Assembly (NCBI GenBank): GCA_964019425.1
Contig: OZ025786.1
Coordinates: 682,001-746,000, forward strand
Direction: 5' to 3'
Source: Flectonema sp. DT1601
Lineage: Eukaryota
DNA: 64,000 nt
The translations under genes were made by a program, and so were the position numbers. The notes under the pieces were generated by a model, which saw only the letters and a program-made list of their open reading frames with translations, was not told the origin of the DNA and did not search any database. Position 1 is the first letter of the stretch. The number at the start of each line of letters is the position of its first letter. This document shows, piece after piece, positions 1-9,641 of the stretch.

Positions 1-1896
1 GAATATCTCTGGTTGACTACTGGGGCCTGGATTGTTTTGAGCAAAGAGTGAACTCTTGCAGTCAAACACTGCTATCAACAACTCTGATAAAAGTGAACAA
101 AGCTCAACATCCCCAAGTGATAATTGAATAATATTATTAGTAAGAACAGAACCAATCAATGTATTGTAATGATCACATGAGAGACCCTTTAGTAGTTTCA
201 ATAACTGAAACACAGCAGGTGACTCTGATAGCAAACAGGCATCACGAAGTCCTACTAAATCGTTTGCAGAGAAATCTAAAGCAGCAACTTCTTTACTGCC
301 GGCGGTACATATGACTTCAATTGTCATGCGAAGCATCTCTAAGGCAGCATCTCTTGTAAATAAAGATGAGTGTAGAATAGTTTTTTCATTTATCCCAGTA
401 GACTTCTTCTTTTTCTTTTTACTCGTCGTACTCTTCTTGTCGCTCTCCTTGTTCAGAAGCTTCACAACTGACGGCCGCAAGAAATCATTCACCAGAACAG
501 CAACTTCGTTGCCTGTAAGACATTCAGAGAAGTTTTTAACATTTGATGATTTTGTGTAGCCATCGAGTAGGTATTCGAGTGCTGTTTGTGCTATTGCTGG
601 TTGCGGAATTCCACAATTTCTCATCATATGAACCAGAGCTGTGGGCAAACGAGATTCTGGAACAGAACGAGAGCCATGTTTTAGAGACGTCAGCAGTACC
701 CTTGCGAGGGGAGCGTAATCGATGCTCCCAGAGACTGCACTTTTCCAACCGAATTTGAGAAATTCGGCCAACCCAGAAAATCCTTCCCCATCTCCCGCTA
801 ACAATCCCTCAGCTATGAGAGACAAACAGCGTACGATTGTATTGCCACGAGGAGTTACAGATAACAGAGTTGTGAAGGTTTTCTCGATGATTGAGGAATC
901 AACTTCTTCAAGACTTGTAGTGATCACAGAACTGATAATTCGAGCGCACGTTATCTGAAGCGGTCCTTGACAAGCAGGGTGTGCAATCACTTTAGAAACA
1001 GCAGGAAGAGCATTCTTTAAACAAGAACTGTCATCAGAGCCGATGATCTTCGATAACACAGAAAGACAAAGATCAATCACAGAGGACTTATCAGAAGATG
1101 AAATGATTGAAGAAAGACTCTCACAGAACGAAGAGATGTGTTCTGCTGGGAAGGCATCACATGATAGAATACTGAGCGCAAGCAGCTGACTTTCACCTGA
1201 ATCAGAAATACGTTCTTTAACGATGCGAAGGTAGTTAACAGAATCCCTTATTAGTATATCCACACCCTGATTCATCACACCTTTTATTAATGATAATTCA
1301 GAAGCGTGATTCCTTAGAGGATAAGGAATAGTAGAAAGATCTGGATAATCTTTTTCCTTCGACAAGATTCCTCCAATTGCCGTATCCAGACAGATGGAGT
1401 AATCCCATTCTTGTAAATAACCCACAGCTACCGAGATAGCACACATCCAGCTAGCATCTGAATAGGTTTCAGAATCAGATAAGATGTGCAAAGGGATTGA
1501 AATCTGATCTGTTGGAAGACCACGCATTGCACAGATAGAGTTAATCCGAAGTATTTCTGGTGAACAAGCACCGCTGTAGTGTGGTATTTTACATCCGATT
1601 TCATGAGTAATAGGGAGTGTTCCAATTACTAAGTGAACGACAGCGATAGTTTCTCCCTCGTCTCCCCAAAGTGTTATTAATTTAGAAAGTTTGGTCCCAT
1701 CAGTTTTTGATTGCCATCCTCTCTTAAGACCATTTATAATACTTTCAATTATTTCCATTCTTTCTCCTCCTCGATTGCCTAGTTCTACCCAACTATTTCC
1801 CTCCCCTCCTGTTTCAGTAAAGACAGGCATTCCACAGAAATCTGCCACTCCGAACCCACTCAGGGAGATCCCTCCTATCGTTTCTGTATCACACAT
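1..1896 (-). CDS. Large hypothetical protein (>632 aa), Leu/Ser-rich and predicted helical (ARM/HEAT-like); truncated by the window edge
   Basis: Manual translation from ATG at 1896 (MCDTETIGGISLSGFG...) stays open to base 1 (...NNPGPSSQPEIF). Probably absent from the ORF track because no stop lies in the window. Contains a KKKKKK basic patch. Confidence 0.85.
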   Translation of the reverse strand, partial: MCDTETIGGISLSGFGVADFCGMPVFTETGGEGNSWVELGNRGGERMEIIESIINGLKRGWQSKTDGTKLSKLITLWGDEGETIAVVHLVIGTLPITHEIGCKIPHYSGACSPEILRINSICAMRGLPTDQISIPLHILSDSETYSDASWMCAISVAVGYLQEWDYSICLDTAIGGILSKEKDYPDLSTIPYPLRNHASELSLIKGVMNQGVDILIRDSVNYLRIVKERISDSGESQLLALSILSCDAFPAEHISSFCESLSSIISSSDKSSVIDLCLSVLSKIIGSDDSSCLKNALPAVSKVIAHPACQGPLQITCARIISSVITTSLEEVDSSIIEKTFTTLLSVTPRGNTIVRCLSLIAEGLLAGDGEGFSGLAEFLKFGWKSAVSGSIDYAPLARVLLTSLKHGSRSVPESRLPTALVHMMRNCGIPQPAIAQTALEYLLDGYTKSSNVKNFSECLTGNEVAVLVNDFLRPSVVKLLNKESDKKSTTSKKKKKKSTGINEKTILHSSLFTRDAALEMLRMTIEVICTAGSKEVAALDFSANDLVGLRDACLLSESPAVFQLLKLLKGLSCDHYNTLIGSVLTNNIIQLSLGDVELCSLLSELLIAVFDCKSSLFAQNNPGPSSQPEIF

Positions 1897-3423
1897 TCTT
1901 TTTATTTAGTGTGTGTGCTGTTGGGATGTGAATAAAAATTAAGTCAGACATGTATCCGTAATCATTGACAAGTGAATTGAGCTTATCTTCAAAATAAACA
2001 CCCAATATAGATACTAAGAGGAACTGCGGGAATTAAAACAGCGAAAAGGGAATAACAAGGTTCCTAAAAATTCTTTTTTTAGAGAGAAAATGGAATGCAG
2101 AAGAGGAAAAAAAAAAAAAAAAAAAAAAAAAAAGCGAAGGCAGAATTACAATACTGCTACACAATAAGTTTTTCTTCTCATTTTTTTTTTTTCTTTTTTT
2201 TTTTCCCCTTCCTCTACTCAATTACTATTACTTGTTCAGAATGTCAGTTGGTAAGAGAAAACCTTCAAGAATAACTGACTTGAGAAGTATTAATAAAACC
2301 AATAGATGATTGAAATCACTAATAAAAGCAACAAGAGTTTAACAAGCTACTTGTCACTTGTCTAAGGCGGCAGTTTTAAATAAGTTCGGTGTAGTCGGAT
2401 ACTCGAAGTAACTCCTCTAGACATCCTTTTTGCCGTATAAATAAGTAGAGTAATTTAACGGATATAAAAAAGGTTTTTTTTTTTTTTTTTAAATTAAAAC
2501 ATCAAAAAAAAGGAACCTGCGTTAGGAATTCGCTTCGCAAAGAGTTAGGGAAGGTTAGAGCAACGAGATTATTGGAGATTTTGCGCTCGAGCGGTTCCTG
2601 TGAATCGCTACATGATCTCAACGGCAGTCCAGAAACGGTTTACCAGCTTGGAAAAGAACGCGAACATAAGTCAAAGATACGCAATCACGATAATTTTCAT
2701 TGATTTTTTTTTTTTTTTTTTGCTATTTTCATGGTTGCAGCGCCCATAAAAAAAAAAGAATATTTTATATGGGATGCGATCAACATGGGACCATTAAAAA
2801 AAAAGAACATTAGCGAAAGTGTTGTTAAAGCCAACAAGAACGCGTAATATGATGTAAATCCCGTACGCTATATTGACACGATGGAGAAAGTAGTAATGCA
2901 CCTACCAAAAAAAAGATGGCCTGAAGTTACCCTCAGTGAACCCCCGATTAGCCCATTTTTTTTTTTCAACCTCAGCCGTTTATTTAAAAGAACCTACTAA
3001 TATGGGTTGATTGGGGCGCTACGTTTACGACCATACTTTTTGAAAATTTCTTTTTTTTTATTTTTTTTATAGTAATCAGAATAAGATAATAAGCGAAAGA
3101 CACGGCTAATATTCCTAGGACCAGAAGTTGTTACAGCAGGAAGACAGCAAGAATAAACAAAAAATATAACAACAACTGATACTTCAGACAGCATCATCAA
3201 ACGACTTAATGGTTGAGGTTACATAAGGCAACTCAAAAATAGTTTTGATTTAACAATATGGACCATAACGATTAATTACTTATTAGCTGCGGTATTAAAT
3301 TTAAAAAAACTACGTTGGAAAAGGGAGGGAGACAGCTGCTTCCTCAACTGATCCCCAGATATATAATCCCTGGGGATAAACAATTAAACACAATCTGACG
3401 GTAAGGAGTTATCATCAGTGTGG

Positions 3424-4120
3424 AAATCCAGAGTTGAGGAGAAGCTTCTTTGACAATCAAAGATTGCAGTCACACATTTTTGAATTTAATGAAAGAACTT
3501 GATAGCATACTAACCTCTGATGAAGTAGACTAAACTCTTAAGACTTGAGTAACAGTTCAGTCTGCTTTAGTAATGCGCTGTCACAGTTATCAGTCAATAA
3601 ATTCTGTACCAAAGGGAGAAGGGACCCAACGAATACCACATTCGTAAGAAAAAAGAAACAGAACCTCACCAGAACCAGCTGTACTATCCCAGTCAGAGTT
3701 ACCAGCAGATGAATGCGGAAACCTTAAAGTGAGATAGAAGCTTTCTTTGACAATCAATGATCACAATCACACATTCTGAACAAAAAAGAAAACAATTGAC
3801 TGTGTGCTGACACACACATTCACCCGATCAGTAACTTCAAAGTAATTGGATTCTCAAATACAACATCGTTACTGTTAGTAATGAGACAGCTCAACTACTT
3901 CAAACAGTTAAGCCGCATGGTAATCAATCTCTCTAATTAGTTCACCATAAGCAGGAACAGAAACAAAACAAAATACTATTATTAAATTATCCACACTAGA
4001 GTCAGACAATCTTTGTAAGTGAGATATACAAACAGAACCTCAAAGTGAGATAAGAAGCCTTGATTATCAAACATCACAGTCACACATTTTGAACTTAATA
4101 AACAAAAAGGTTGGATAGCA
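3424..4120. repeat. Three degenerate copies of a ~80-bp core spaced ~300 bp apart
   Basis: AGAAGC..TTGA(C/T)(A/T)ATCAA..CA(G/A)TCACACATT recurs, with the CARTCACACATT core at 3467, 3764 and 4077. Confidence 0.75.
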
Positions 4121-4625
4121 CGTCTCAAAGGAATCGACGAAGTCTCAGTCGTGACACTGGTCACATGAAGAAGAACGACACAAATCTCAACTTGTAGAGA
4201 CAGCTTTTTGTATCCCAAGGCCTTCTACTTACTAAAGTCACCACAAAGGCTCGAGGGGTAAGGGTAATTACCACACAGAAGAAAAATCAAAATTAGGTGT
4301 TGTAGAGAAACCTTTGAAATAAATTACCAAGCTTCAATCGCTAATGAAAAACCAGACTTTCCAGTCTGTTAGAGTGAGTGACTTGTATAACTACACCGAT
4401 ATAGTAATGTTATTTGATACAAGTTAACAAATACTTTGTGTGTCCTCTACGCAACTTTCACAATCCATTTTGAACTGCGAAAACCTTATTACATTGACAA
4501 GTAGGCAAGTTCCTGCTCCATTGAAATGAACGCTCCCAATAAAATTAGAATCCGTCACTACAACGACCGTTGCTTAGGATGCCACGTTCAAACGATCCAC
4601 AACAAAATAAATAATTTTGTCTTTT

Positions 4626-4931
4626 AACGTCTTCATTGCCAACGCAATGCAGTGGAGAGAGCTGCACGTCAACTACTTAGAATTTCAAGTAGTTGGCGGG
4701 AAACGTTTGTGGGTATCCAAAATGCTTGTGTGGGGTCATCCATGAATTCCTAAGGAGCTCCGTCATTCGTGGGGTCGTATCCCCTTGTTCTGAATGCGTC
4801 CGGGTCCTGGTAATCTCTGTATGACTACAGGCAGAATGCAACTCAGGGTCATCTTTAGCATACCTGTGACATGACGTTGTTAATACGCCATCGATGAGAA
4901 GAGATTTTCGTTTTAAAACAGGGAAGACGTT
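4626..4931 (+). ncRNA. Candidate structured RNA (~305 nt), family unknown
   Basis: 9-bp closing helix AACGTCTTC (4626-4634) / GAAGACGTT (4923-4931) and several internal hairpins, e.g. the 12-bp 4667-4678/4687-4698. G-U pairs mostly favour the + strand. The segment lacks long homopolymers and is GC-richer than its flanks. Confidence 0.35.
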
Positions 4932-7583
4932 GCGTACTGCTCAATGTTTTAAAGAGGAGCTAACAAGAAGACACAAAAACGAGGACTTAATTAAAACGAA
5001 AAAGCCAGTTAGAGAACAAAGAAATAAAATAAATAAAAAAAAACAATTATGAGTTCGTCACTGGTTACTGAAATGATATTCCTGTTCGTACTACAATGAT
5101 TGATTAATGTGTGTGTGTTTTGATAGCAGAAGTTAGTAAGGAAGTCAAACTCCAGGAAGTGCTCGCGGGAGTCATTACTCAGCCGTGAGACTCTCACCGG
5201 CAAGTACAGACGATCGACTTTCATAACACCAAAAACTACTGTTATTGCCTTGAATTTAAAAAGATAGATGGGAGCACCAGGCGAACAATAGTTTGCCATT
5301 AAGTTCTTATTTTTCTTTTTTATCTGAAATAAGAATAGATATCGAAATATTAAACTAGAACGGGAGGGAAAAAAAAAGGTGAAATTGTTTTGAGTTTGAG
5401 ATTTATAAAGACATAATACATGTATTGTATCAAAGTTAACTAATTTATATGTTAGTAATTTATGATTCAGTGACTGAAAAAATAGGAGCAAATTAAGGGG
5501 GGGAAAAGACAGGGGGGGAAAGAAATTCTTTTCAGAAGAGAACGAGAACTGTAAACAGCTCTCTTTCTCAGTTCCCAACAGTTACATTTGTACACACGCA
5601 CGCTTAAGTGTGATCTCCTTATTTGTTTGAGTAGTTTAAATATCGTGTGTGGTTGAGCATAACCCAAAGTAGTAAGACGGCCTTGAACCGACTTCAAAAG
5701 ATATCGGGAGGGGGCTGCTAACAGAAGGAAGAAATCATCTCACGGAAATTAAAAAATAAACGGTTTTGATCTGCTACGTAGTAGTAGCAATTAAGTAACA
5801 TATTCCGTTCCATGTCTATCGATGGGTAGCTGACCGTACTCGAAGGAACTCGAATTAAGAACAACGGGTCCCTCTTTTTTCGTTTTTCTTTTTTTTTTTT
5901 TTTTCCTTTTAAAACTTAATGAAAGAAACACAAAAAAAAAAAAAAAAAAAAAAAAGACAGAGAACAAACCCTATGAATACCATTTGCAATAATTATCTAT
6001 ATGTCGCTCATTCAGCAGGTGGTGAGTCCCCTACCCTCGTTTTTTGGATGAAGGCTTCTACGGCCGTCTTCCAATATTTGATGATAAGGATGCCAAAGTG
6101 AGAGAGAGAGAAAAGAGAGAGAGAACGTACGCTAAGACATAATAAGTTAGTTTATTTAGTTAGCATTTGTGAATGTAAAAAGCTGTACGTATTGCGGGAG
6201 TAGCATAAAGATTAATGTTAAGACTGACAGACTGTCGTATCCCGATTTAATAATTCGGGGGGGGGTCAACAATAATGAAATCAAGAGACTCCAACCAGCG
6301 TAGTCGGAGTGTAAATTCATGTGAGTTTTTTTTTTTTTTTTTTTTCTTGCACAGAAGATCGCCATGACAAATTGTCTTGGCTATATTTCTTCCTTTGAGG
6401 TGTGTGTAGCCAGGTACCTACTCAAAAGTTCATTCATTTTCAAAGACCCTGCCATCAATAACTTCCTTTTTTTGTATTTACCGAAAGTCATCTGCCGCAG
6501 ACTCTTCCCAAACACAGGTAAGTAATGGGCTGGATATTTTAGTAAATATAAAGTAAAATTATGATTTGTCGAAAATAAAATAAAAAACAACAAAAAAAAA
6601 AAACACTCGCATTCACAGTGTTCTCGAAGAGGAAGCCCTTGAGATTTGTTGTGTTCGTAGAACATGTATTTTGTATTCTTGGGAGAGAATTCCCGTTTTT
6701 TTGTTTGCAAGTCTCTTAGAAGTTAGAAACAGACAAAATTTTAAAAAAAATAATAAATAAATAAAAAAAGTACAAATGAGTCATGATGCAATCATGTGGA
6801 GAGAACTCTCGAAGAGTATAAATTAGGGGGACTCTGTTTATAACACGTTAGAAAAATAAACCTTTTGATACTTAAAATTAAATAAGAGACAACGGACACA
6901 CAAAAAATAAAATAGGAACCATAGATAATAATGCAACAACTACAGTAAATTACAACCACTAGAAATGCAACCACACATGGATAATCACTGATTGGAGACC
7001 AATTCGCTGTTATAGTACAACGGTAAAAGAGACCAAGCTGAGGAAAGTTCGAGGATTCTGCCCTCACTACAAACAATAAGCGCACTGTGGTGGTCACATA
7101 ACACAACAATTTCAAACAGGCTGGGTTTGATAGTTTGTTTGCTTTGTTTTTTTCCTGATTAGCATACCTCACGACACACAACTACATTGGGGATCAAAGT
7201 AAATTATTTATTTTATTTATTTACGAAGCCTAGGAAGCCAAAAGCCAGGAAAAGCTCAACAGGGTAACAGTTATATCGCTACCGGCAACTGTGAGACTCT
7301 CACAGATGATAAGAGAATTCTATTCCTCAGTCAGAAAGTAGCAAACAGAAAGAAAAAAAAGAGAAAAAAAACACAAAAATGAAAGCGGAACCGTACATTC
7401 AACGAAAACTGTTAAATGAAACAAGAGGACAAGATTGCTCCACATTTAATAGCAGATTAATGGGTGTCCCTTCCTAATGGGAGGATGGCAAATTATCTTA
7501 CAGAGAGTTTAATCAATGAAAAAACAAAGCCTTTCAAAAAAAGAAAAATCGGGATGGTGAAAACTTTGACAATGTAAAAAACA

Positions 7584-7895
7584 GTAACAATTTTAGGTAT
7601 TAAAAACAAAATTAATATCAAGTACTCACAGTGGGGGGTGAAACTTCGACAACTTAAAAAATAGTAACAACTTTTAGGTATCAAACAAAATTAATATCAA
7701 AGTACTTGACTGAAAGGATATTTGTATTTGTTAATCAAAGAAAAATTACGTTTAGAAAAAAGAAACCATAAAAGAACAAGTCAAGTACTCACAGTGGGGG
7801 GTTAACTGTTCGAGTTTGTACGTAAAATACAAATGTTTTGTATCATAGACAACATAACGATAATTTAACATTAGTTCTGAGATACAGTGGGGGGT
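7584..7895. repeat. Local direct repeats
   Basis: AGTAACAA(C)TTTTAGGTAT..AAACAAAATTAATATCAA(A)GTACT at ~7584 and ~7663; CAAGTACTCACAGTGGGGG at 7619 and 7782; ACAGTGGGGGG again at ~7884. Confidence 0.75.
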
Positions 7896-9000
7896 GGTTG
7901 TAGTTTAGAAAAAACAATATGCAACAGGGGTATTCTCTCAAGAGTTCGATTATGAAATTGTTCCTAGAAAAGAAATTTTTCCTGTCTTAGAGTGCGAATC
8001 AAACCAGAAACAGCTTCTCATTTTTCGTACGCAAGTTGTTTATCTTTTAGTGAACCGTAAAAAATATTTCGTTCGCTTCAAAAAAAGGGAGGAGGAAAGC
8101 TCAAATAACATATCGTCAGCTCACAAAAATGAAGACTTCGCAGGTGATGGAAAACGAAATCTGAATTATTTCGATCGATAGATCAGACCGAACAAAAAAG
8201 ATTTTATTTTACCATTTCTGAACAACAATACTCCCACCTATTCATTTATCTTCCATGTGCTGATTGTAGAAACGATCCTTATTGCGAAACGCTATCAGTT
8301 AAGAACACAAAACAATATTTATTTATTTTTCAAAGATTTAAAAAACAATGTAATTCTCTCAGAAGAACAATCACATAGTGAACCTCACAGCTGTGAGACC
8401 CTCCAGTCGAGAAGACGCACGCGAATAAAAAAATAACATAGATCGCAATTTGTGGTACACACAATACATTCCTTGCTTCCATTATTCCAAACATAGTAGA
8501 ATGGGTACAACAGTTTGAAAGTAAAATAAGGGGGAGGGAAGGCAAATTTTAAAAAAATACTTTTGCTATACAAACACTTCAGCCACTGCAGCCAGCGGTA
8601 TACTGAAATTTTATTTTTTTTTCGTCTTTTGATTCCATACTTTCCAACCGCCATAGCGAAGTTCCAGCAGTCTCACTTATAGATAACTTTTATCGTGTAA
8701 CTACGGCTATAACCCCTCCCGAAATAGTCTACAATAATAGGCCAACAAATGGAAAAAAAAAACTGTTTTTATGTAAAAAAAAACAACAAAAAAAAGAGGA
8801 GGAAAGCAACCTTATATAGAGACATAAACGATTTTGGTTTTGCAAAAAAAAAAAAAAGAAAACACCCTTTACAAAAACAGGCTGTTGAAGAAACTTGAAT
8901 TACAATAAATTATGAAAAGAAAACAGATGAAGTATGAAATTGAGTCAGAGGATGACATCAATCAACTCTTTAGAGGGGGTTGGAATGAGAGAGTTATCAT

Positions 9001-9034
<34 letters not shown>

Positions 9035-9204
9035 CGTTTTCGGAAAACCTCCTTAGAAAACAACGAATAGGATAGAAAAAACAGGAATAATCAAAATAAA
9101 CCGGTAAAACAGAAGACAGAACCTTGTACTGTTTTGGAAAACAAAACACACAAAAAAAAAATTGAATAAAATAAATAAAGCAGAAGTACACCATTACCAT
9201 CTGG

Positions 9205-9273
9205 TCAGACGGCTGCAAATAATCATCAGTGCAATTACGGATCAGGTAAGCTGGTCAACTGTCCACTCATCAC
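9205..9273 (-). ncRNA. Box C/D snoRNA candidate (69-nt core)
   Basis: Minus strand reads GTGATGA (C) - 21 nt - CTGA (D') - 12 nt - CTGATGA (C') - 14 nt - CTGA (D). All four boxes are near consensus, in the right order and spacing, on the gene strand. Confidence 0.65.
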
Positions 9274-9568
9274 AAATGAGAAGCAGAAATACTACAGAAA
9301 GGTATTACTAAATCCTTTAAAGGTACCACCGTCTGAGAATAAAGCGATTGTTTATTTTAAAAAAGGGGGGAAGAGGGAAAATGCCGTTCTGATTTTAGTT
9401 TAACAGTTACAAAACATCACCTAACAGGTGAATAAACGAATCAATCTGTCTTCTTCAAATATTAGGAAACTAATGTACATTGTTTGAGATCAGTTTTTTT
9501 TTTTTTTGTTTGGAAAACTCCATTTTCGTTTCCAAAATCGCCAACTCATCACAAAAATATTTAACCAC

Positions 9569-9641
9569 TCAGAATGACCAAAACAGTGTCAAAGGGCTGA
9601 TTGATTAGTCGGGTTGAGACATGTTGCCGATAATTCATCCG
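9569..9641 (-). ncRNA. Second box C/D snoRNA candidate (73-nt core)
   Basis: CGGATGA (variant C) - 22 nt - CCGA (D') ... CTGA (D). Geometry resembles the 9205-9273 candidate, but the C' box is weak. Confidence 0.3.

Noticed and set aside
3108..3116. ATATTCCTA (snR30/U17 m1 motif)
   Set aside because: No m2 AAACCAT motif or enclosing hairpin, and it is on the non-cluster strand.
6470..6525. TACTTACCTG followed by a hairpin (U1 snRNA-like, minus strand)
   Set aside because: No AUCACGAA U1-70K loop and no Sm site.
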